64,000 nucleotides of DNA from Verrucomicrobiota bacterium. GTDB lineage: Bacteria > Verrucomicrobiota > Kiritimatiellia > CAIQIC01 > JAGNIJ01. The position numbers and the translations under genes were made by a program. The notes under the pieces are model-generated. The model was not told the origin of the DNA, ran no database searches, and saw nothing but the letters and a program-made list of their open reading frames with translations. Of the stretch, positions 20,701 through 28,140 are shown in pieces; the stretch's first letter is position 1, and each line of letters starts with the position of its first letter. The stretch is from positions 5,592 to 69,591 of the forward strand of contig JAZDKK010000009.1 in assembly GCA_043803015.1 (NCBI GenBank). Direction: 5' to 3'.

Positions 20701-21295
20701 GGTCGTCGGTAACCATCTGCCGGATCTCGTCCTCCGAGAGCATGGTCATCTTGTTGACCTCGTGCGAGGTCCGGAACCCGTCGAAGAAATGCAGGAACGG
20801 CACGCGGGATTCGAGGGTGGCGGCTTGGGCAACCAGGGCCAGGTCCATGACCTCTTGGACGGACGCCGAGGCGATCAGGGCGAAGCCGGTCTGGCGCGTG
20901 GCCATGACGTCGGAATGGTCGCCGAAAATGGACAGGGCCTGGCAGGCCACGGACCGGGCGGAGACGTGAAAGACCGTGGAGGTCAGTTCCCCCGCGATCT
21001 TGTACATGTTGGGGATCATCAGCAGGAGGCCCTGCGAGGCCGTGAAGGTTGTGGTCAGGGCGCCGGTCTGGAGGGCGCCGTGGACGGCCCCGCTGGCGCC
21101 GCCTTCGCTCTGAAGCTCCACGACCGTGGGGACCGTGCCCCAGATGTTCTTCTTGCCCTGGGCCGACCAGTCGTCAGCCCATTCCCCCATGTTCGAGGAC
21201 GGCGTGATCGGGTAAATCGCGCACACTTCGTTCGTTTTGTGGGCTACGTAAGCCGCAGCTTCATTCCCATCAATGATGGTGATTTCCTTGCTCAT
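17708..21295 (-). CDS. nifJ: Pyruvate:ferredoxin (flavodoxin) oxidoreductase, homodimeric
   Basis: IDGNEAAA, YPITPSS, GRYGLSSKEF, two 4Fe-4S motifs, GGDGWAYDIG TPP motif. Confidence 0.97.
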   Translation of the reverse strand: MSKEITIIDGNEAAAYVAHKTNEVCAIYPITPSSNMGEWADDWSAQGKKNIWGTVPTVVELQSEGGASGAVHGALQTGALTTTFTASQGLLLMIPNMYKIAGELTSTVFHVSARSVACQALSIFGDHSDVMATRQTGFALIASASVQEVMDLALVAQAATLESRVPFLHFFDGFRTSHEVNKMTMLSEDEIRQMVTDDLVFAHRERAMTPDRPFLRGTAQNPDVYFQGRETVNPFYAACPGIVQKAMDQFAKVTGRAYHLFDYFGAPDAERVIVLMGSGAETALETVMYLQKHGAEKVGVIRVHLYRPFSAQHLLGALPKTVKAIGVLDRTKEPGSPGEPLYQDVVTVLAEALGSGTLPMGKTPKVIGGRYGLSSKEFTPAMVKAVFDELKKDQPKNHFTVGIHDDVAHTSLECDRNFITESPSVVRAMFFGLGADGTVGANKNSIKIIGEETDMQAQGYFVYDSKKAGSKTVSHLRFGPDPIHSPYLIQAANFVACHQFVFLDQIDMLKYAVKGGTFLLNSPLGKDEVWGQLPRSVQQQIIDKQLRFYVIDGYKVAEQTGMGSRVNTIMQTCFFAISGVLPKEEAIEKIKQSIKKTYGRKGEDIVKKNFEAVDQTLANLFEIKVPAQATSAHDMPPAVSPKAPEFVRKVTARIMAGQGDELPVSAMPVDGTFPTGTTKWEKRNISLSVPVWEPDLCIQCGNCGLVCPHACVRAKTYDPALLAKAPRTFKSMEWKSKDQPGRKYTIQIAVEDCTGCGLCVESCPRKSKESPAKRAINMADKLPILEAERENFEFFDTLPEVSRDGLDMTMVKDVQFAEPLFEFSGACTGCGETPYVTILSRLFGDRALIGNATGCSSIYGGNLPTTPWTANKAGLGPAWSNSLFEDNAEFGYGFRLTVDKHREYAVELLQQLKGDLGADLVNELVGAANAQATEQEINRQRERVKALREKLRGIQKPEARRLETVCGHLVKRSVWMLGGDGWAYDIGYGGLDHVLASGRNVNALVLDTEVYSNTGGQCSKATPRGAVAKFAAGGKPAGKKDLGLMAIAYGNVYVAHVALGANPRHTLKAFVEAEAYNGPSLIIAYCHCIAQGFDLIHGLRQQKLAVDSGHWPLFRYNPELAAKGQNPFSLDSKKPTIPLKDYAYNEIRYKMLTRMNPKEAERLMVLAQQDVEERWKVYERLAATAAAPAPAAETM

Positions 21296-21483
21296 TCCTG
21301 GCGTCTCCGTTTCTGCTCTGGGGCGAGGAATGCCTGTGCCCCCGGATTTTTTGGACAAAGCCCTGTTTGCTTAACACATCCCCGACCGGCAACGCAAGGG
21401 CCTACTTGGGCATCCCATATCCTGTGGTATATATCCGCTTCGGCCACAAGATGTTGCGGGCTGGGCATCGTCAAACTGCCCGT

Positions 21484-22689
21484 CTACGGATGGCTGGAAT
21501 CCAGCCGGCTGGCCGGTTGGGTTTTTCCCTTAAGCCCGTCCCACCGCCGCTTGAGCCAGCGGGCCGCGGCGTACCGCTTCAGCCTCCGCTTGGCCTGGCG
21601 CTTGACGCGGGGGGCGAGCAGCTCGGCGAAGAAGAAACGCAGGTCGCGCGCCGCGGATTCCTCGACCCAGGCGGTGCCGGTGCAGAGGCGGCACATCTCC
21701 GGAAGGTTCCCGCTGAGGAACTGTTGGCGGAGGGCGTTGTAGGCCGGCCCGCGCCAGATGTCCGCGAACGAGGCATCCCGCAGGTTGCCCATCGACATGG
21801 GTGCCGCGCAGCACGGCAGTACGTCGCCGTTGGCGGCGATCAGGGCCCGGTTCCAGAGGTCGTAGCACTGCTTCCGGTACCGGCGCGTGTCCGCCAGGGC
21901 GTTCCGCTCCTGCCGGTCTTCCTGGAACTGGTCCTCCGGAAGGAGCGCCACGCGGACGTCCAGCTCCCGGCCGATCCGCTGGCCCTCCTCGTAGATCCGC
22001 CGCCCGAGCGGTTTGTGGTGGGCCGCGACGGACTCGTTCTCCAGGCCCGGATACTCGCCCATGGCCTGCAAGGTCACCTGCGCCGCGCCCAGCTCGGGGG
22101 CCATCCGCACCACGCCGGGGAACTCCTCGATGTTCGACCGCATGCCCACGAAGGCCAGTTCCACGCGGGGCTGGGTTCGACCCAGTTTCGCCTTCCACGC
22201 CTTCAGCGACTGTAATCCGCCGGTGACGGCGGCGAACTTGCCCGGCGGGCGGATCCAGGCGTAGGTTTCGGGCGTCGCCGCGTCAATGCTCACCATGAGC
22301 TTGTTGAGGTCCAGCTCGACCAGCTGCCTCGCCAGGTCGTCGGTGAGCAGCGTGCCGTTGCTCGTCGTGTAGACGTCCGTGCCCTGCGCCTTGATCGTCT
22401 TCAGCATGTCCACGTAAAGCTCGGGATGCATCAGCGCCTCGCCCCAGACGCCGGTCAGGTCCAGCGACTCGATGTAGGGGAACAGCGGGGTGAGGCGCTC
22501 GAAGACCTCCCACGACATCACCTGGTTCTCCTGCGTGTTGACCGCGTGATGCGTCTTGGGGCACATCCGGCACTTCAAGTTGCAGAACGCCGTGATCTCG
22601 ATGATCAGGTGCCGCGGCCAGGGGACATGCCGCCCCGCCAGGAGCAGGTGGGGGCTCGCCCGGGGTTGCTTGTTCGCTTGTTCGTGCAT
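21484..22689 (-). CDS. Radical SAM protein with SPASM/twitch domain
   Basis: CNLKCRMC motif, GDVLPCC...MGNL...CRLC; start may be 22719. Confidence 0.88.
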   Translation of the reverse strand: MHEQANKQPRASPHLLLAGRHVPWPRHLIIEITAFCNLKCRMCPKTHHAVNTQENQVMSWEVFERLTPLFPYIESLDLTGVWGEALMHPELYVDMLKTIKAQGTDVYTTSNGTLLTDDLARQLVELDLNKLMVSIDAATPETYAWIRPPGKFAAVTGGLQSLKAWKAKLGRTQPRVELAFVGMRSNIEEFPGVVRMAPELGAAQVTLQAMGEYPGLENESVAAHHKPLGRRIYEEGQRIGRELDVRVALLPEDQFQEDRQERNALADTRRYRKQCYDLWNRALIAANGDVLPCCAAPMSMGNLRDASFADIWRGPAYNALRQQFLSGNLPEMCRLCTGTAWVEESAARDLRFFFAELLAPRVKRQAKRRLKRYAAARWLKRRWDGLKGKTQPASRLDSSHP

Positions 22690-22764
22690 AGGCCGAGAGT
22701 CGGAGCGCGTTCTCTGCATTTCATGGTAGACAATCCCATGGGAATTGGGAATCTCCGTTCCGGC

Positions 22765-23754
22765 ATGACGTCTTTGACCCTGGGTAACTTGCCGCTCGCC
22801 AGCCCGGTGCTGCTTGCACCGATGGCGGGGTACACGGACCTGCCGTTCCGACTCGTGGTCCGCTCGTTCGGCGGCCTGGGGCTGGCGTTCACCGAGATGC
22901 TGAACCCGACGAGCCTCCTGCACGGCGGCGGCAAGAAGAAGAAATGGCTGCTGGCGACCCAGCCCGACGACAGCCCCCTGGGCTTCCAGATCTACGGGAA
23001 GGACCCGGCCCTGATGGCCGAGGCCGCGAAATGGCTGGAAGACCGCGGCGCCGTGCTGGTGGACATCAACATGGGCTGTCCCCAACGGAAGATTTCGGCC
23101 CGCGGTGCCGGCGCCGGGCTCCTCAGGACCCCGGCCAAAGCCGTGGAGATCGCCGAGCAGGTTGTCAAGGCCGTGAAGATCCCCGTTGCCGTCAAGCTCC
23201 GCCTCGGCTGGGACAACGCCGCCGTCGCCGCGGAGCTGGCAGCGCACCTCGAGAAGACGGGTGTCGCCGCCATCACGGTGCACGGCCGCACGCGGGCCCA
23301 GGGCTTCGGGGGCAAGTCGGACCTCGAGGCCATACGGCAGGTCCGGGAATCCGTGCGGCGCATACCCGTGATCGCGAACGGCGACGTCGTCTCCGTGGCC
23401 ACGGCGCGGGAGGTGCTCGAGAAGACGGCCTGCGCCGGCCTGATGATCGGCCGGCAGGCGCTCAAGGAGCCGTGGATCATCCGCGACGTGGCGCGCGACA
23501 TGAGGAAAGAGCCGCCCCTTCCGCTGCCCACGCCGCAGGAACGGGTTGGCCTCTTCGAGCGCCACTTCGCGCGCTCCGCCGAGATGTACGGGGAGAGGCT
23601 GACCGTCGTGCTCTTCCGCAAGTGGGTGCCGCAGTACCTCAGGGGATTTGCCGTGGACCGCGCGACACTGGCGTCCCTCCAGCAGATTATCGAGGCCGCC
23701 TCGTTGATCGAGCGCGTGTCGGTCGTGATGCTGTCGTCGGCCGGGCCGGCGTGA
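22765..23754 (+). CDS. dusB: tRNA-dihydrouridine synthase (DusB-like)
   Basis: LAPMAGYTD, DINMGCP, VHGRT, ANGDV, GLMIGR. Confidence 0.9.
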   Translation: MTSLTLGNLPLASPVLLAPMAGYTDLPFRLVVRSFGGLGLAFTEMLNPTSLLHGGGKKKKWLLATQPDDSPLGFQIYGKDPALMAEAAKWLEDRGAVLVDINMGCPQRKISARGAGAGLLRTPAKAVEIAEQVVKAVKIPVAVKLRLGWDNAAVAAELAAHLEKTGVAAITVHGRTRAQGFGGKSDLEAIRQVRESVRRIPVIANGDVVSVATAREVLEKTACAGLMIGRQALKEPWIIRDVARDMRKEPPLPLPTPQERVGLFERHFARSAEMYGERLTVVLFRKWVPQYLRGFAVDRATLASLQQIIEAASLIERVSVVMLSSAGPA

Positions 23755-23756
23755 GA

Positions 23757-24500
23757 TCAACTGCCGGCCGGCGCAGCCATCGCGGACAGCCAGGCCCTGA
23801 TCTTGTCCGAGTTCTTCCGGTCGAAGCTGTAATTGAGTTTTTCCACGGGGTGGCTGAACGACACCTTCAATCCCTTCGCATCGGGCTTGGCGATCGCCTT
23901 CTGCACGTCCTGCTTCGGCGCGACGAACGCCCTCAGCAGGTCGCGCTGGACGAAGAACGCCGTGTCCTCCAGCAACTGGGCCCTGCACTTGCCGTCCGAG
24001 GTCTGGATCACCGCCGGCTCCTCCTTCAGCTTCTTCTTGAGGAGCGTCTTGCAGACGTCCTTCGTGGCCTTCATCTGGGCCGGCTCGACGGACTCGATCT
24101 GCTCCTTGAGGTGCTGCAGCTTGCTGTAGTGCTTGTAGAAATACCACGCGATGAGCAGGGGGACCACGAGCCCCCGCGGATCCACGACGTGGAACGCCAC
24201 GTAGTTCAGGATGCTGATGCCCAGGTTCCAGAGGAACAGCAGGATGGCCACGACCGTCTCTGCCAGGAACGCGTTCAACGACCGCTTGGTCAGCGCGTAG
24301 ATGCCGGCGCCCAGCATGAGCAGGCCCAGCACCAGGATGCCCAGGTTGAGGAGCGTGGCGCCGACGGCAAACAGCCCGACCGCCATGTTGAGCGCGCCCC
24401 AGACGATGCTGCCGATGCCGGTGTTCTTGATGAGCCTCCGCGCGCAGATGGCCAGCAGGGCGCGGTTCTCGCGTGAGTCGAACCAGGGTTCGTAATCCAT
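23757..24500 (-). CDS. Hypothetical membrane protein (4 TM + soluble C-terminal domain)
   Basis: GGAGG RBS, upstream TATACT, hydrophobic N-terminal half, coding-like codon usage. Confidence 0.7.
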   Translation of the reverse strand: MDYEPWFDSRENRALLAICARRLIKNTGIGSIVWGALNMAVGLFAVGATLLNLGILVLGLLMLGAGIYALTKRSLNAFLAETVVAILLFLWNLGISILNYVAFHVVDPRGLVVPLLIAWYFYKHYSKLQHLKEQIESVEPAQMKATKDVCKTLLKKKLKEEPAVIQTSDGKCRAQLLEDTAFFVQRDLLRAFVAPKQDVQKAIAKPDAKGLKVSFSHPVEKLNYSFDRKNSDKIRAWLSAMAAPAGS

Positions 24501-24591
24501 GGGACCAACCTCCGTGTTTGATCCTTGCGGGGGATAGTATACCCGGCAGACCCAAGGGGAGAAAGGCGGAATGGACTACAGGGCGGAGTCG

Positions 24592-24996
24592 TCAGCCGCC
24601 ATCCCTTGGTTCATCCAGGTTGGCCTTCGGCGCGTGCCCCGGCGCCGAGCATTCGGGTGGTTGGCCGACCGGCCGGATCGTGTACGTACCGCGCCCGGGG
24701 CAACGCAGGTTGTTCCAGCCGTCCGGCACGTAGTCCACCAACTGCTCCGCGGCCACGGGCGCTCCGTTGGTCAGGTCGTGCTCCTGCCGGAACTCCGCCT
24801 TCGCCTTCGCGATGAGCTCCAGGTTCCGGACGCAGCGGCTCCTCTGAAGGGCAGGCAAGAAGAAGGCGCGTCGGTTGAGAAGTCCCCAGGCCGTCCCGCC
24901 GGCGGCCACCAGGACGATCGCGGTGATGAAGACGCCCATGGCGACCATGTTCTTTCGGGCCGTCTTGTTCAGGTTCTTGAATCGCCGGGGGCTCAT
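24592..24996 (-). CDS. Pilin-like small membrane-anchored protein
   Basis: N-terminal TM then C..NL..I..AK and CPGRGTY...PECSAPGH, resembling PVC pilin-like domains. Confidence 0.6.
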   Translation of the reverse strand: MSPRRFKNLNKTARKNMVAMGVFITAIVLVAAGGTAWGLLNRRAFFLPALQRSRCVRNLELIAKAKAEFRQEHDLTNGAPVAAEQLVDYVPDGWNNLRCPGRGTYTIRPVGQPPECSAPGHAPKANLDEPRDGG

Positions 24997-25053
24997 GGAT
25001 GCGTGCGAAGAACATAGCGGGGGTCGGGGGTGCGGTCGAACTTTTTCACGCGT

Positions 25054-25082
25054 TTGACAGGGGCGCGGGGGCGGTATAGGTT
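25054..25082 (+). promoter_or_regulatory. Sigma70 promoter of sod
   Basis: TTGACA-17 nt-TAGGTT. Confidence 0.65.
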
Positions 25083-25128
25083 GTGCCCGGTTTCAACCCG
25101 GACACAGGAATCCAGAGGAGGGAAAGCC

Positions 25129-25752
25129 ATGGCCCACACACTCACGCCGCTGCCGTATCCGTACAACGCACTGGAGCCGCACATCGATGCGAAGACCGTC
25201 GAGATCCACCACGACAAGCACCATGCGGCCTACGTCAACAACCTGAACAAGGCGCTGGAGAAGCACCCGGAGCTGGCCTCGAAGACCATCGAGCAGCTCG
25301 TGTCGGACCTCAAGAGCGTACCCGAGGACATCCGCACGGCGGTCCGCAACAACGGCGGCGGGACGCTGAACCACGACCTGTTCTGGGCGGCGATGAAAGC
25401 GGGCGGGGGCGGCAAGCCCTCGGGGGAACTCGCCAAGGCGATCGACAAGGCGTTCGCCAGCTTCGACTCCTTCAAGGAAAAGCTCACCGCCGCCGCGGTG
25501 GGTCAGTTCGGCTCCGGCTGGGCCTGGCTGTGCGTGGACGCGAAGGGGCTCTGCGTGTGCTCGACCCCCGGCCACGACAGCCCGATCATGAAAGGCGTCG
25601 CCGCCTGCCCCGGCAAGCCGATCCTCGTGGTGGACGTGTGGGAGCACGCCTACTACCTCAAGTACCAGAACCGCCGCGCCGACTTCGTCGCCGCCTGGTG
25701 GAACCTGATCAACTGGCCGAAGGTGGAAGAGCTTTACGCGAAGGCCAAGTAG
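25129..25752 (+). CDS. sodA: Fe/Mn superoxide dismutase
   Basis: [33 protein letters not shown]. Confidence 0.95.
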   Translation: MAHTLTPLPYPYNALEPHIDAKTVEIHHDKHHAAYVNNLNKALEKHPELASKTIEQLVSDLKSVPEDIRTAVRNNGGGTLNHDLFWAAMKAGGGGKPSGELAKAIDKAFASFDSFKEKLTAAAVGQFGSGWAWLCVDAKGLCVCSTPGHDSPIMKGVAACPGKPILVVDVWEHAYYLKYQNRRADFVAAWWNLINWPKVEELYAKAK

Positions 25753-25806
25753 GAACGTGCCTCCGGCGCGGGGTGAAAAAAGCCGGAGGTGAGGTATATT
25801 ACCTTT

Positions 25807-25910
25807 GGGACGCAGAGGGGTTGGGAGAGGCGGTCCCGGGAGTACACGAGTTCGGGACCTCAACCAGTGTGGCACCTCCTCCGCAGAGTCGGGAATGCCC
25901 TCTGTGTCCC
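25807..25910 (+). ncRNA. Candidate structured small RNA (family unassigned)
   Basis: 13-bp closing stem GGGACGCAGAGGG/CCCTCTGTGTCCC, inner 9-bp stem GGTCCCGGG/TTCGGGACC, TATATT box 6 nt upstream; G.U pairs work only on the + strand. Confidence 0.55.
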
Positions 25911-25938
25911 GTTCGTTGTTCCCGCCCCCCGCCGTGCC

Positions 25939-26322
25939 TCATAAGTCGCCGGTCGGCCAATCCTCCGAACCGAAGAAGCGTTCGAGGAGGTACAGCAGGC
26001 CTTTGGTCACCGAGACCAGGATGAACGCGAGGAAGGCCACCACCATCCGCTCTTCATCGTGCGGTACCTCAACCCCCACGAAACGGAAGATCACCAGCAG
26101 GGACACGATGTTCACGACGCCGTCGATCGTGATCTGGCGGAGGAACCGCGGGATCTCGACGATGCTTATGCCGATCCACGTGATCAGGTCCGCCAGGATC
26201 GCCCCGCACACGAGCCCCGAGATCATCGGGTTCTTGGACTTCTGCCCGACCACGAGAAGAGCGATGATCGCGGCGTAGAACGCGATCCGCACGATCGTCC
26301 AGATGCCCCTCATGCCCTGCAT
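25939..26322 (-). CDS. Hypothetical 4-TM membrane protein
   Basis: Hydrophobic ORF; TATGGT 6 nt before ATG (probably leaderless). Confidence 0.65.
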   Translation of the reverse strand: MQGMRGIWTIVRIAFYAAIIALLVVGQKSKNPMISGLVCGAILADLITWIGISIVEIPRFLRQITIDGVVNIVSLLVIFRFVGVEVPHDEERMVVAFLAFILVSVTKGLLYLLERFFGSEDWPTGDL

Positions 26323-26372
26323 GGCAACACCATAAGGCCAGCCTGCGGCCGCGCGGTCAAGGCGAATGCCGG

Positions 26373-28043
26373 TTACAGTCGCCTCACCAGGCCGAAGTTG
26401 CACAGGCGCAGGGTCGGCGTGCCGTCGGCGTCGCGGATGAGTTCATTCTGGGGCGTGAGCGAGAGCAGAAAGTGAGAGCCCTCCGGATTGAGGTCCTCGA
26501 AGCCGAGCTCGGCGAGTTGCCGGCGGGCGCGAGCCATCAAGTCGCGGAACTGCTGTTCCGTGATAACGCCTTCCCGCAGGGCCTGGTTGAGACTGAGCGG
26601 CCGGCAGATCGGAACGTCCTGGCGCGCAAGCACTTCGTCCAGCCCGTTCCAGTAGCCCCATACGGTGATGTAGTTGTGGTCCGGGCGGAGGATCGGCGAG
26701 CCGTCGGGCGTCTGCATCGCGGCATGGCTCTCGTAGCGGCGGCTGTCCTGCGTGTAGGCCGGGGCATCGGCTTCCTGGCCCGTCATGTAGACGGCGCGGG
26801 GGTAGGTCGCGGGGAACCCGCGCCGGCTGATCTCGAAAGCAAGCGCGAACTCCTCGAACGGGCTGTTGTAGCCATACCCGGCGATGCTCCGGCCGCGGTC
26901 GTCATCCGGGTTCACGTCGGGCTTCTCGCCCACGCGCGATACTTTCCAGACCAGGTTGATGTTGTCCTTGGTCCGCGTCTGGTAGACCTGGTTGGCCTCG
27001 GACAACCTCAGGCGTTTCGTCCGCCGCCAGCGTTCCGGCAGGAAGTAATCGAAAAGGGCGGGGTCCCTGCCCACCACCCAGAGCCGGCCCTGGGTGCTTT
27101 CGGAGTGCCCGTACACGTAGTCCACGCCCAGCACCTGCGTGGCGCGCAGGTGCTCCGGGAGCCCGGCGGCGGGGGCGGCGGCGAAGCGGTCCTTCTGGTG
27201 CTGCAGGTACGTCGCGCGCCGGCCGGCGACCACCGCCTGCTCGTGCTCGGGCGTGCGCTCGAGCAGTTCGAAGTCCACGAGCGCGTAGGCGATCTCGCCG
27301 TGCGGGTCGCGGAGGATGGCGCCGTCGGGCTGCGGCCGCACGATGAAATGCTCCGGTTTCATGTCCAGGACGCGGAATCCCTTCCTCGCGAGGTCGCCCG
27401 TCACGCGCCCGGTCAGCCGGGCCAGCTCGGCCTTCCGCTTCTCCGTCGGCAGGGCCTGCGGGAAGGCCTCCGTGGCCGAGACGCCCTTGACCCACTCGTA
27501 AATCAGGATGTACTGCCGGTAGATGTCCAGCTCGACGTCGCGGTACTTCGCCTTCTTCAGCTCGATCTTCGTCTGCGATCGCGACGTCTGCCACGCCTTC
27601 ATCCGCTCCGCCGGCACGTAGATCGCCAGGGGTTTGTGCGTCCGGACGATGCCGGGCGAGGGGTCCTGCCGCATCTCCATGACCAGCGCGAACTCCTCGT
27701 AGGGGCTGTTGAACTCGGCTTCGACGAACTTGTTGAGGGTGAAGGTGTCGAACGGGACCTGCTCGCCCACGCGGCACCACTTGACGACGAGGTCCTTGCC
27801 GCGGCCGCCGACGGGCTTGGTCCGGACGCGGTAGACGGTGCTCGTGCCCGACAGCCGCTCGCGGTTCCGCTCGAACCACGCCCGCTCGTACCAGCTCTCG
27901 GGCTTCAGGTGCTCGAGGAAGGGCACGCCGAGGCGCGTCACGTAGAGGTCGCCGCCGTCGCCGGTCTTGAGATGGGCGTAGTCCACGCCGAGCAGGTTGA
28001 GGGGGGTGGACCCTGCGGGGACGCTGTGGAGATGTTCGATCAT
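26373..28043 (-). CDS. Tandem protein-kinase-like fold protein (kinase + pseudokinase repeat)
   Basis: Two internal repeats (LGVDY, RVGE, NSP[YF]EEFAL); repeat 1 has VVK, DMKPEH, VDFE; repeat 2 has VWK, NPEGSH, CNFG. Confidence 0.7.
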   Translation of the reverse strand: MIEHLHSVPAGSTPLNLLGVDYAHLKTGDGGDLYVTRLGVPFLEHLKPESWYERAWFERNRERLSGTSTVYRVRTKPVGGRGKDLVVKWCRVGEQVPFDTFTLNKFVEAEFNSPYEEFALVMEMRQDPSPGIVRTHKPLAIYVPAERMKAWQTSRSQTKIELKKAKYRDVELDIYRQYILIYEWVKGVSATEAFPQALPTEKRKAELARLTGRVTGDLARKGFRVLDMKPEHFIVRPQPDGAILRDPHGEIAYALVDFELLERTPEHEQAVVAGRRATYLQHQKDRFAAAPAAGLPEHLRATQVLGVDYVYGHSESTQGRLWVVGRDPALFDYFLPERWRRTKRLRLSEANQVYQTRTKDNINLVWKVSRVGEKPDVNPDDDRGRSIAGYGYNSPFEEFALAFEISRRGFPATYPRAVYMTGQEADAPAYTQDSRRYESHAAMQTPDGSPILRPDHNYITVWGYWNGLDEVLARQDVPICRPLSLNQALREGVITEQQFRDLMARARRQLAELGFEDLNPEGSHFLLSLTPQNELIRDADGTPTLRLCNFGLVRRL

Positions 28044-28140
28044 GGTTGCCCATTACTCTACCCCACGCCGCGGCAAATGCCGAACTCCTTTGCCGAACTC
28101 GGCATTAGAAATCCTCCCGGAAACCCGCTATGGTGGTGGC

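Noticed and set aside
21484-22689. RiPP cluster around the radical SAM/SPASM gene
   Set aside because: No precursor peptide, RRE domain, peptidase or exporter nearby.
21484-24555. 1023-aa ORF suggesting a long radical SAM fusion
   Set aside because: The upstream 600 aa overlap dusB (antisense) and another gene in a different frame; only the last ~400 aa are credible.
25807-25910. tRNA-Sec, 5S rRNA or SRP RNA identity for the folded region
   Set aside because: No TCA anticodon arm, canonical T-loop, 5S conserved motifs or SRP domain IV motif.
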